From positions 62,001-126,000 of the forward strand of contig DF236957.1 in NCBI GenBank assembly GCA_000708835.1: a DNA stretch of 64,000 nucleotides, given 5' to 3'. Origin of the DNA: Klebsormidium nitens. Its lineage: Eukaryota > Plantae > Klebsormidiophyceae. Below the pieces are notes generated by a model. The model was not told the DNA's origin, did no database searches, and worked only from the letters and a program-made list of their open reading frames with translations. Below, piece by piece: positions 36,588 to 49,072 of the stretch (position 1 is the first letter of the stretch; each line of letters opens with the position of its first letter). A program made the translations under genes and the position numbers.

Positions 36588-37860
36588 TTAAAGCGTTTTC
36601 TTGGTGTCAACATCATTTCGGCGCACCCAATTTGGAGACCAGGGCGAGCCAACTGGCAGGACGAAACGGAACACAGTCACCTCCGTCAATGAGCAAGGCT
36701 GCCCAAACGACTCTAGTGCTTCTCGATGCTTGTCGTCTCCAAAGCCAAAAAGCACCCTGTTATATAGGTACTGTAGGAATTGCATATTCCAAGAATTTCC
36801 TTCTGGCTCAAGCCCATTCTCAAGTGCCAGTCTCCTGAATTCCAGAAGGCTCACAGCTTCCCCGCAACTGACAACAAGCCGCTCTAATTCCGGGCATCTG
36901 GTCTGAAGCTCTGAGACAGGGAGCGCTTCTGCTGGTCGCGAAGGTTGACGGAACGACAGCGGAATGGCGAAGAGCTGAAGTTGACGTAGGTGATTGCAAT
37001 GCGCTGCCACGGTCTCGAGCAACAGATTGGGCGACTCAGCAAATTGAACCTCTAGAAACAACTTCTGGAGATTCGTGAACTTCGAACACAGGCTGTGCAG
37101 CTCGACAGGAGAACCTTGAAATGGTAGATGATCGTCGCACCGAAAACTTAAGAGTGTTCAGATTCGTGAGACAGGCGGGTAGGGCTCTGAAAGCGTCCCA
37201 CCAGAATGTGAAGTGGATGCTTGAGAAGGTCAGACTGTGAAGCTTGTTGGCTTTTGCGTCTGGTGTCCAAGGACTACCGAAGGAGTAGCTAGTCTCATCG
37301 CGGATGTCGAGAGTGAGAATCTCTAAGTTCGGGAATGCTCGCACGATTCGGAAGATGTCTTCATACAGATTGAGCTGGAAGAGCTTCAAGTGACTCAACT
37401 CTAGCTTCTTCAGAGAAGATTTAGCCCCAGAAAGCAGCGCAAAGAGGTGCCAAACCTCTCCCTGTTGTTTGACGACGCTAGTCCACCGGAAGCGGGAGAG
37501 AGCTGGCCAGAGGCCTTCCGCTGCGAAGCTACTCAATATCACAAGCTCGGAGAGCCTTGGGTGCGAAGCAATATCTTTTCTCAGAGCTTTTATCTCAGCT
37601 CCACTGGGAGTCCCGGACACCGCATCAGCTACCTGCAAACTGAGCTGGAGCGGTCTTGGCTCTTGATACGAATGCGATCTGCTGGTTTTACCGATCACCA
37701 GGGTTTGACTGCAGCGGCAAGCGGACTCCCTGAATGCTTTGTTCACTGTTGCAAGGTCTGGCCAGCTACACCCCCTCTCCGCCGCCACGTTTTCCAGGAT
37801 GCGGTCCACAAGCTCGGGACAGAGCGCGTCAAAAGCGCTGCCTTCGTTGAACCTTGCCAT
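36588..37860 (-). CDS. F-box-like + degenerate LRR (RNI-like) protein, interrupted by either a 76-nt intron or a 1-bp frameshift
   Basis: The N-terminus FDALCPELVDRILENV...LATVNKAFRESA resembles an F-box. Repeats include LKKLELSHL, FPNLEILTL, LTNLNTLKF, CNHLRQLQL and CPELERLVV. ORFs 37860-37036 and 37061-36588 are in different frames and join either by a GT-AG intron 37140-37065 or by removing one T of the TTTT at 37146-37143. Confidence 0.7.
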
Positions 37861-40315
37861 CCGCCCTGATTAGCATGCGCTTGACGAGCCTCGCTAGTCT
37901 GGCTCTTTGGGACCAAAAAGACGAAGTACTACTACTAGGGGTCGTTTGATCAGGATGGTTTTGTTTAGATGAACCAGAGCTTTCCGACAGCAAGGGCCGC
38001 GCGGCGGCCGCGGCGCTAGACGGGTTTACATTCCATCGCAGATCTGACTCGGGGTTTAGGCCTTCGGACGGCTCATGTGGCCTCAGTAGTGCAGCGTACG
38101 TAAGATCGGGTTCGCTTAAACGTGCAAAACTGGACGGAAGATTAGAACGCTACCTATTTTAACAGCATCCCTCTTGCGACGACGGTTGAATCTGGACTTA
38201 GCAGTTCCAAACCGGGGTTGCTTCTGAACAATCCTAGCTCCAAATGTGGTCAGACAGAAGCAGCATGGATAGGGTAGAGGGAATGTGCAGGCTTAGTGGT
38301 GCCGTTTGAAAGACGGAAAGTGGTGTTGCAGTATTTCGGTAAGCTTCGCGGAGCACTTGTCGACAAAAGGTTTTGCCTTTGGAGCGGGGGGAGGGCAGGG
38401 GGCGCCCCAGGAATCGATCTAGTGAAAGATGTCCACTGGTCCTCGCGCGCCCTTTTATGCTCGTCACGATTACGCGTGCCAATCTCTAATGAACTCTCTA
38501 ATAAACACCTCAATCGTCGATAATGCCACGTGTCCCCTAATCAACAGTTCTGAGACAACAAGTGCAAAGAAACAAAGCCTGTCGGTCATTGAATGGCGTT
38601 TCCAGAAAGTGTTCTCCTTCCACATTCTGCAGAATGACGAGAAGCTGCGATGGGGATCCGTCTGATGGAGTCTGCTGAGGATCTGAAGGACTCCGCTGAG
38701 TCCGCTGCAGAGTCGCCAGCCAACTTGAAGTGACGGCGCACTGTCACGTGTCCATACCGCACCGCCAAGTCTACCTTTGTCCCGAGCAGGGTCCCGCTGT
38801 GCTGATAAAACATAACGATCCTCGAAGCGTTTCGTCGGAGTATTGCCGTCATCACGAGCAGATGTCTGATTATTCTCACGAGTTTGCCGGTCCAAGCGCC
38901 CTTGGTACAGCGCAAGGCGAGCCAAGATCGGAGGGATCAGACCGCAAGACTGGCCAGAGCTCTGTCAATGTCATGGAAGGACATACTCGCATCTATACGC
39001 ATCCCGGCCGGAATGATCCCCCAAAGCTGCTAGCTTACTACGTTCGTGACGGCTGGGCAGCTGAAAAGGCGTCAGAAGGACACATACGGGTCCTCTCACT
39101 GACGAAAATCTAATTCAAGCCGCATGACATTCAATGATCTTGCGTCCATGTGCACATATGGCGGTGGCCAAGCCCTCACTAAGCATCACACGAAGCGAAG
39201 TCATCGGTTTCAGTGGGGCGCTAGCTCCATAATGGCGGCGCGGCCACATGCACTTGATCGCTGCACATGTATGCAGTGACAGCTACGTGCATAATTTGTC
39301 TACGTCTTACGGGCCCCTCAAGCGAGACCTTGGACAACACCGACTCCACCTAGTTTTCACTTGTATATCTTGCGAAGGCAGCCATGAGATAGTACGTATT
39401 CGACTTGCGCCGAAACTTTCAACTGGCATGCCACGCTTGCGCCGCCAGATCACACATATCAGGAGCATCGTCACTGTATATAAGCCCCCCGGCCGGCCCA
39501 ACTGATGACGTTCGTTGAAATCTGGCGGCACAAATGATTGCACGTTAATCGCCTTTGCATGCAGATCTGATAGCCACTGATTGTATCTTGACTACTGTGC
39601 TGTAATCAAGTCTCAGTGCGCCATATCATTGCATTGGAACACGTGAACGGTGCAACGCCAACAATACTGCTTGTCCATGAATTCTGATTAGGCTAGCTAG
39701 CTCTTCAATGCATTGACGATGATTGATTGTTGTGCCACTGAGATGGTCGTATTGCACTGAGGAAATGCTAACACAAGTGCGTGCTAGCTAAGGCGTGCCC
39801 ACATCAGGCAAAATTTTGCAGTACCAGACATATCACAGTACAGAGCTGCGGCAGCTAGCGCATCTCCAAGGCCATGCAGCTGCCATGGCCGACGTCTACC
39901 ATTCAAAGTCTCATGCAACTTCTAGTGAACATGCATATTGACGAGAGGGAGTTCACAAGAAGACATAACAATGTGTGGCAGGGCACAGAAAGGAAATCGA
40001 AGTCGCTGACTATAAAACTCGTCACAGGTTTGGACATCATAAACAAGCGTCAAAGAACGAAACCTCCTAGCCTAGCAAGCCGCTTATCCTCTCTACCCTT
40101 ATTTGCACAGCCCATCCAAGTCTTGAAGCGCAATGGGGCCTTATTGGGTTAAAGTTAGTGCTCTGGAGGGGACTCTCTCCCAATGCATAGCGAAGCGAGG
40201 ACCCACGCGGCTCATCATTGCCAACTAAATTGACCAAAGGGACCAGCGGCTCATTGTACAAATCATCACAAAGGCTGCAGCCGCACTCCTTTCCGAGCCA
40301 CTTACACCTGACAAA

Positions 40316-43300
40316 CTATGTCTGCTTGTAATACTTTGCGGCGTTGCTCATCTCCACAACCTCGGCCTCGCGCTGGGGCTCCCTGGCCGGCAATATCTCC
40401 TCGTCTTCGGGCACATCGTCACTCTCGAGAGCAATGTCCACCTTCTCGCGCACCACCGCAGGCTCCGCACTGTTCTCCTCCTCAGGCACCGGCAACAGCT
40501 CGTCTTTTTTCTCCAACTCGCCGACCAGCACGAGCAGCTCAGACCTTGTCACCGGAAGGCTCATCGCCTCCGCTACGCCCTCCTCAGTTGCCACATCATC
40601 GACCTCCTCCCCACCTTCCACTCGAACTTCAGCCGTTGCCAGGACTTCGCCCGTTGCCACGTCACCGCCCTCCGCTTTCTCCTCCTCATCCAGCCGAACG
40701 GCTTCCTGCGCCACGTCAGCCCCTGCCGTTTGCACCGGCGCATCGGCCTCGGCTGACCCCGCGCCGAGCGCACTCTCCTCCGGCGAGCGGACGTCGGCCG
40801 CCCCCGCGGGCGCCTTGATGCTGTCGCTCGACTCAAAGAATTCGTCCTCCGAGTCCCCGGCGTCCGCACGCCCCGCCGCGCGGTCGGCCGCCTGCGCACC
40901 CCCCCCCGCGAGAAGCGCCGCCACGGACGCCGCGAGCGATTGCCAGCTGGCGGTCCCGTCCACCAGCGCGCTGCTCCGCATCTCCATCTCCTCGTCAGCG
41001 TGAACGCCCTCCTCGTGCGCATTCACACCCTCGCCGGCGCTCGCCAGCGACGCCTCCTGCTCCGCACGGACCGCTGCGTCGCGCTCCTCGCGCTCTTTCA
41101 GCGCACGCTCGACCGCTTCCTCCTCGGCGCGGATGCGCGCTTCCTCCTCCTCGGCGAGGCGCAGCATCTCGCGCTCGACGCGGGCCGCCTCCTCGGCGGC
41201 GGCCTGCCGCCGCTCGCGGAGGCGCTTCTCGATGAGCACCTTGAGCAGGTTCATCACCTTGACGGCGTGCATGAGCGCCTTCAGGGGGTCCATCACCTGC
41301 GAAACAAGCCCCCCTATTGTGAGCAGAGTAACGAACGGAGATAATACGGCACGTTATTGATGCACCAGGCGCGTCTGAGCATCTTGTTTAACAGCTGGCG
41401 TGAGGATTCCTGGGGACAAGGGGCATTCCGGTTCCAAGGAACTATACACCTTGACAAAAGCGCCGTCAAAGGGCCAAAGGCAGCAGACTCGACCACCCCC
41501 AGGCAGCAGGGACTTTTATTGAAGAAGGGCTTCTCAATGCTAATGCCTCTTGACGCCAGATGCTGCACGAGCTAATCCTCTTCGAGCTGGGCTGAAGGGA
41601 ACTGCGCCACTCTCTCCAAAGATTGCATTGGAACGACGCCGAGGAAGCACAATCCTCGATACCTTCAAAACCAAGGGACCTCTTAACTCAACGCCACTGA
41701 ACCGACTCTCGCTGTGTCATGTTCAGCGCCAACAGCATGATGTGGTCGCGCCTGTTCATAAGAAAGCCTTACCGCCCTTCCCTAATCAACACAGTCCCAC
41801 AAAGCATAAAACACTAAAGAGTCAGAACACGAGCCCACCTGCGTCATGTTGGGCGCAAACACCATGGCGATGTTGCGTGCATTCATCTTGTTGTAGCTCT
41901 GCTGCTCCACCACGTCGGCCATGAGGTCCACCGCCCAGTCCAGCAGCGCATAATTGGTGTCCGGCAGCTGCTTCACGAGCGCCACCACCTCGCTCTCCTT
42001 CTGCGCGGCCGCCACCTGCTCCGGCGTCAGCGTGTCCAGGACGCCCGTCGGCAGCTCGCGGAACCACGCCTAGTTACAAGACAAGGAGCACCACGTGAGC
42101 ATTCATGTACTCTAACAAATAAGTTGGTTTTTGTCTCTTAGTCGTCTGAGCTGAGGGTCACGACAGATTCTCCTTCTGCGCGGCCGCCACCTGCTCCGGC
42201 GTCAGCCTGTTCAGGACGCCCGTCGGCAGCTCGCGGAACCACGCCTAGTTACGGAATGAGAAGCACCTTGAGTGGTTGTGTACTTTATGAGCTTCGTTGG
42301 AGTTTGCCTTTTATTAGCTTAGTTGAGCAACATGACAGAGTCTCCTTCTGGGCCGCCGCCACCTCCTCCCGCGTCAGCGTGTCCAGGACCCCGTCGGCAG
42401 CTCGCGGAAGCACGCCTAGTTACAAAATTTGAAGCAACGTAAGTGGATGTGTATTGAACGATCATACGCAAGTTGCTCAAATGTCTGAGCTGAGGAATAC
42501 GAAAGTGTTTTCTTCTCTGCCGCCACCTGCTGCTCCAGCGTCAGCGTGACCAGAAAGTCCGTCGGCAGCTCGCTCAACCACGCCTAGTTGCAAAACGAGA
42601 TGCGGCGTGAGCGGTTGTGTCTTTGGAAAAGTACTGTGGAACAGTGGCTTATTCTTCTGAGCAGACCGAAATGAACGAGGGAGCACGATTTTCGGGAAAC
42701 AGTCGCGGGGTTGATTTTATTAGCAGCTTGAAAATTAGGACCTCGTTGATGATTCAGTTTGCAATCTCTGTTGACAATGGGTTAGGCAGGTGAAGACCTA
42801 AGGTGGTGTCGACCAAGAGATGATTGAGTCGCGAGAAAGCAACAACATTGGCTACAGACTTTCGAATGAGCGCACCAATCAGTAGGGTGAAGTAGACCAG
42901 CTAACGCCAGCAAGGAGCGCACATGGCAGCTGAAGAGACGACCTGAAACAGGGGACTCTTGCAGGCTGAACAGACGACCCTCGTGGCCGACCTTCCCTGA
43001 TGACCTTCCCTGATTCTTCTAGCGGAAGTGAGCAAACATTCTGGAGGAGACCTAAGCGAGACTTCCCCACTCCCCAATCGCAATAACCGGGGTCTTAACA
43101 GAGAGTCTGCACTCTGGCCACGGAAGAACGAGACGCCCAGAATCCTCTCGTTGTACAGCAATGAACGTTATGCATATCTCAGCAGCACTCCTCTCTGAAG
43201 AGTCACAAGCGCGACTGCTGTGAACCTCACCTTGATCAGCCCCGCGAGAACATGGACCTCAGTATGAGGCGGCTCCTCGCCCTTGTTCAGCTTGCTCCGG

Positions 43301-46300
43301 ATGTACTCTTCCTCCTCGCTTTCAGCAGCAATCCTAAACACTCCCTCAACCTGCGATGTGAAGAATTGCAATCAGAAGGGCAGGAGATGCGCAAGGTCAA
43401 GGAGTAGCTTTTTAACCAAGAATGAAGGACTGTGCAAACCAGGAAGAGAAAGACTAACATGAAGAAGGGCCCTCCACAGGCTTTGAGCTTCGAAGATGGT
43501 TGAATCATAAGGCTAAGCAAAGACCTGCACCAGTCCTCAAATGCATCAAACAAACGGTCCGTCCTCCAGAGCTCCTGGGAAGAGCTCCCGGAAAGAGCTC
43601 ATCAGAATCTGATCGCAGTTGGCAAAGAGAGCCCTTCCCAGGCATGCGCTGGCTGAGGGGATAAAATCACTTGTACTTCAGGCAAACAAATTGGTCCTAA
43701 TCCAGATAGAGACAAAAGAAGAAACTCACCCTCAGACCATTCTCCTGCAACAACCGCTCGTGCAGCTGGAAAAGCACCGTCGGTACGCAGTGCTTGTGGT
43801 TGCGATCCCACGTGACCTGGAGCGACTCAGGCTTGACGCCAAACACGCTCAGGCTGAGGAAGACAGAGGTTTGCATATGAGCAATTGCAAAAACCCCTCT
43901 GCTGGCTGTGAAAACCCCTGCTTTTACCGCAATAGAATGTGACTGAAGAAGGATCACGTATTGTTGCAATACAAGCATATCAGCAAGCAAAGGCCTTTTC
44001 AAGGACAACACCCTGGGAGCCCCCCAAAACGAGTGCTGTTATCTATTTTGAGATTCATCTGCCAATTGCAAGCCTGCCAACACCGAAGCGCCCCAACAGA
44101 GAGCGGTAGGACATGGAGACAGGATTGGCAGAGGCGTACTGCTGCATGATCCCGGAGTGCGTGTGCATGAGCCCCCTGAAACCGCTTCAACCTTCCTGAT
44201 TATGCACACCATCTTATAAGAATAAGCGAAGGAATAGCAGCATGAATGGGCCAGGCAAATTCAGATGCTGGGGTCCTCCTCTTCAAAGATAAAGTGCGGA
44301 AACATGCCCCTGAAAAAGATCCTCCCTCAATTCCGAAAAGCAGATGCTGACCAGATTGATGTCACTACCATGTAGTTGGTTGGTTGGACTACCTATTAAG
44401 CGCATAGAAAGCCTTTCAGACAAACGTCTGCTCCTGCGCGCATTGAAATGCTCCGGAAAGGACCAGAAAAGAATGCAGAAACAAGCGAAATTCGAGCTTC
44501 TCCAGATGACAATCCCCCAAAGGCCTCACAAACCTCCCCCCCCCAAAGACCACCAAACCCCAAAAAGCCTCACCTTGCCCCGGGGGCGTTCTTCTGGTCC
44601 GCCCCCATCTCCTCCGGCAGGCCCACAAACCCCCTGAACCGATCAAAACTGACATGGACCAAGTGTTTCACGTTGGTCGGCCAGCCGATGCGGAACTCCC
44701 GGCGGTCCTCCATGTCGCTCTCAATAGGCTGAGCCGAGGCGCACATCGCGAGCTTTATCTGCAGGGAGAGGCGCCGGCCAACATCCTGGTAAGCACGCAG
44801 TTGAGGCAAAGCATGTGGCGAAGTCTGGCTGCTGAAGAAACTTTACAGAAGTACTTTGATTGTGCTGCACTTGGCAGGTCGAAAAGCTGAGAGTGTACAT
44901 GAGAGGAGGAACCGGCTGCAGCGGCCAGAGTCCTGGTAAGCGCGCAGGGAGGGCGACTTATGTGCAGACGTTTCTACTTGGAGAAAGCCCTGGACTGAAT
45001 ACCACTTTGAGCCCGTCTAGGGGGTGCAAAGGTTGAGTGAGCGGAAGAGGTGGCTGCAGGAATAGCACCACCCAGGCTGTTTGAAAACAGACGCCGTCTT
45101 CAATTGCATCCGATTAAAAGTAAGAAAGGGGGAAGAGATTCTGCTTTGCATATGATTGAAAGTAGAAAAGGGGGAAGGGATTCAGCAGACAGCTATCGCT
45201 GAGCATGCACTGGTGCAATGTAACTCCGTTATGCGCAGAACGAACTTGAAAGTGCTCTGCCGAAACACCAGTGTCACAGACCAACCAAGCAACTAGTGAG
45301 CAGGGTCCGCAGCAAATGCAACGATGGCAGGTGTGCGGCCCAGCTTCGGCAGTTAAGAGAAGCAGAGGCCAAAAATGCAACGAGTCACATGGAGTTCATT
45401 GCAGCAAGGCACACGCCAGAAATCTGAGGAGGACCCCTTAAACGGAGTTATTTAAGAGATTGCGTCCAGGCAAACACACATTGCTTGTCAACAGAGGTGG
45501 CATAATCAAGTTAAAACTAGACAGATGCCAACAGAAGATTACGTGCATCTAGAAGCAGCGGCTGGCCTTGAGAACACACGAAAGAGCATTAAAGCTGAGC
45601 AACCAGGACACTTTGCCATCATGGAATTACACACAAGCAGAAGTCGCTAACTACTCTGTGCACATTGAGCTCGACCGAACTTGGTTAAGGTTCAACTTTG
45701 AACAAACCGTGAAACAAAACCACATGCCAAACTTATTAATTCGTCAATTAACACTCCGCTTGTGAGGTCAGTCACTCTTTCCTACTTGGTGGCATGCATA
45801 GTTTGACAACTTGAACAAAAGCATCTCTGGTTTCAACAAGTTCCCAAGCTGAGAAAGGCTGTACCTTGCCCTGAACAAAAGCAGAGGAAACTAAGACTTG
45901 GCGTTCTTCACCTTGGTAAAGAAGTCCTGCTTCACTGGAGCTTCTTTCCGCGGCTCCGGCCGCTGCTGATTTCCCTCAAACGCAAGCTCCCGCTGCCTGG
46001 CTAGCTCCGTCTGCTCAGACGCCCCAGGAACCCCATCCTGATTCTTGCGTGCCCCGTCATCATTGTTTCTGTCGCCGCCAGCAGCCCCACCCAGGCTGCC
46101 ACCAGATCGGTTGCTCGGGTTCCCATCCCTGTCAGCAGCCTTCTGAGGAGTGCCACCGCTGCCCTGCGCTTCTCTCCCAGAGCTGCCAAAGTGACTCACA
46201 ACCTGCGTTTGGTTGCTGTCCACAGCCAATTGCTGGCCGCTGAGGTCGGGGGGAAGGGACCCTGCGCCTGCTGCTCCTGTCGTCTTGCTGCTCTCGTCTG

Positions 46301-46628
46301 CTGACACTTCCCCTAGCGGCCCCACGCTACCCGGCGAGACGGAGTGACTGCCTCGTGACCACTCAGGCGCGTCCTCCGTTCTTACGACAGCAGCAGGTGA
46401 TGCGGACTCCAGGCCAGGCGACATCAGCACATTCACAACCGACCTCGGGGACTCGACGTCAGCATAAAGGCCGCGCTTCTGCGGCTGGTGCATAAGTGGT
46501 TGCCTCGCCAGGTTGAAAGGATCTCCTGCCTTTCCCTCTAGCTTGGCGAGGGACTCGATCATATGCTCGCGACCGTCCCAGTTTCTTGAAGGAAGCTCCA
46601 TGGGGGCCCTGCTAGCATCAACTGCCAT
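40316..46628 (-). CDS. RopGAP: Plant-type Rho/ROP GTPase-activating protein with CRIB motif
   Basis: Exons 46628-45912, 44758-44574 (CRIB: IGWPTNVKHLVHVSFDRFRGFVGLP), 43853-43730 (SVFGVKPESLQVTWD...VPTVL), 43350-43231 (EGVFRIAAE...VHVLAGLIK), 42069-41839 (AWFRELPTGVLD...NKMNARNIAMVFAPNMTQ), 41296-40316 (MDPLKALMHAVKVMNLLKVLI plus an Ala/Glu-rich tail; exact 3' end uncertain). Confidence 0.92.
42000..42590 (-). repeat. Four tandem copies (~168-175 bp period) of the RopGAP acceptor plus exon start
   Basis: aactag|GCGTG(G/C)TT..GCGAGCTGCCGACGG... recurs with the + strand CTAG at 42070, 42245, 42416 and 42584. Divergence increases with distance from the functional exon. Confidence 0.92.
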
Positions 46629-48253
46629 CCCCAGAGCTAACCCTAGCCCCTCTGTGATGCTCCTTGCTAACTACTGCTGGTAATACCTTCCAATGACACA
46701 GCTTGATCACCTGAGGAGGGTAAAAGAACATTGCACAACTTGAGTACCATCTTAAAGGCACGCCTGCCCTAAACACCTGATTATGGCTGAAGATTCTATT
46801 GGACACGAGCTTTTTCCAGGTGACCTGGGGTCCTTTCACATGTCAAATAAACGCAAGTCCAAGCCTACAAAAGAAGGGGTGGCGAAGACATGTCAACTGT
46901 CCAAGCAGACATGGATAATTGATTTCATGGACACTCGTACAGCAGACCAGTGCAGGTATGTAGAGCAGTAGGACCATACCCCAGGCCAACGAGCATTCCT
47001 TTTGAGCTGACAGATTCAATATTCTGCTTACAGGAAACAAAAGTGAACAAGTGACTTGCCACAACCCAGCATTGTCTATGTAACATCGTAATTCTGCGTT
47101 GATAATTCATGTCAAAAGATTACAAGATGTCTGACCTTCCTAACATGCAATCGACTAGAACAAGTACTTGTTCGAGGCTCTCTTTGCCGAGGATTGTGTT
47201 TGAAGAGGTGCGGAGCTTTGAGTCACCAAACAACCGATGTTTTTGAGCAAGCGACGATTGTGACACCTTTATTCACCAATTGCATTTTTGAACAAAAACA
47301 CTCACAAAGCTTGGCGGCAAGGGCAACATCCAAATTTTCTCACAAAAGGACGTGGCTTGTGTAAGTGTGTGGAAAGCTTTACCTTGGGCTTCCACCAAAA
47401 ACATCTCGCATTTACCCCTTTCCCAGGGTGCAGAACATCCACTATTTGATTTTTTTCGAAAACTTTAGTAATCCCTGTTTCGACAGGCAGTCTTCTGGTC
47501 TTTCAGACGGCTCACGACAGTTCAACTAGATTCCTATCCAGCCCCTGAATTAGCTAGTGTAGTCTATCCCCTTGATTTTTTGAGCCACACCGGAGGTCCT
47601 CGAAATGCAGCCTTTTCACCCTCTTTCATACGAGACACAGACGCCTAATGTGCAGCCCTTTCAATGGCTCGCCTATGCAGCTCAGCTTGTGAAAGCACGA
47701 CTCAATCGGCCTCCTCCGTTGGCGCCCTCCCTGCTGAGGCTGTCCTGGAGGCTGGACAGTGGACCCTGATCGACGCCCTTTCCTCAGTCCTGACCTCTGT
47801 GCTACCGTACCTACTCCGTGGGGGTGTGTACTTGGTACCAACTCAGAATTGTACATACCTATCTACTGACCCGTGTACAGGCTGGCACTCTGCGGGACAG
47901 CTGAGCATTAGGTGCAGATGTCTGGGACGGCCACGTTTTTTGAAAGAACTTTTCAACCGTTGATGTACGTCGATGTAGTCAAGGCTCTAGGCCCTGAATC
48001 GTCCATAATCGCACGGGAATCGTGATTCATCGCTGGCTAAAGATTAAATTCGTGCGAGCGCCCCGGCCAAGGTTCAGCGAAATTTTAGGCGGCACACCGC
48101 ATGGTACCGCGGGGCCCGGTAGGTAGCCCATGCAGTTCGCCGGTAGGCAAGGGAGGTTCGAACTTCGCTGGACAGTAGGTACGGTACCAGCCTACCAGGT
48201 ACCGGTAATCAAGCGCCTCAGTGAGTCAGTGCCAATCGGTCCTTGGTTCTACC

Positions 48254-48540
48254 NNNNNNNNNNNNNNNNNNNNNNNNNNNNNNNNNNNNNNNNNNNNNNN
48301 NNNNNNNNNNNNNNNNNNNNNNNNNNNNNNNNNNNNNNNNNNNNNNNNNNNNNNNNNNNNNNNNNNNNNNNNNNNNNNNNNNNNNNNNNNNNNNNNNNNN
48401 NNNNNNNNNNNNNNNNNNNNNNNNNNNNNNNNNNNNNNNNNNNNNNNNNNNNNNNNNNNNNNNNNNNNNNNNNNNNNNNNNNNNNNNNNNNNNNNNNNNN
48501 NNNNNNNNNNNNNNNNNNNNNNNNNNNNNNNNNNNNNNNN
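48254..48540. other. Assembly gap (287 N)
   Basis: Run of N. Confidence 1.
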
Positions 48541-49072
48541 CGCTGATCAGCAAGTTCCCAGCCGTCGATGAGGTACCACTTCCGGCCATCTCAGTTTCAC
48601 AGGAGATTGACGGCCTCGGATGCACGCAGGACCGTCCGATGGACGTGCTCTCGTCAGCATAACATTTTCTCCAGATTTTGAATCACGGCTGGACTCTAGC
48701 TGAGTCTAGAGCCTGCAACAATGGAAGCCTGTGCAAGCAATCGACATCACCGTGATCACGCATGTGTGGCTGTGCAGAAGCAGGCGGAGAAGTGAATGAG
48801 GATGACATCCTTTCAGTGAGAGCCTCTTGTTGCCTTTGTCCAACAGAGGGCTCCTTCAATGAGCTTCTAAGACTACCTACCTTCACATAGAGTGTCCGTG
48901 CCGATGACTTGATTAAAACACCCTAATGGAGCTTCTGACATCTGATGTCCTTTTTCTTGTGTAGCTATAACGCTTGGATTAAGGTGGTCCATACCCCAGC
49001 TGACTTGCAGACAACAACAGAGGACCCTGCAATGTGACTTTTACCCAAAACGACAATCTGCAGGGCTTAAGC

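Noticed and set aside
41990-42600. Regularly spaced repeats as a possible CRISPR array
   Set aside because: Eukaryotic context, ~170-bp units that are copies of an exon edge, and no cas genes.
48150-48170. GGTTCGAA resembling a tRNA T-loop (B box)
   Set aside because: No acceptor, D or anticodon stems can be folded around it.
48130-48662. ORFs in the track spanning the N gap
   Set aside because: Artefacts of X residues; no coding evidence.
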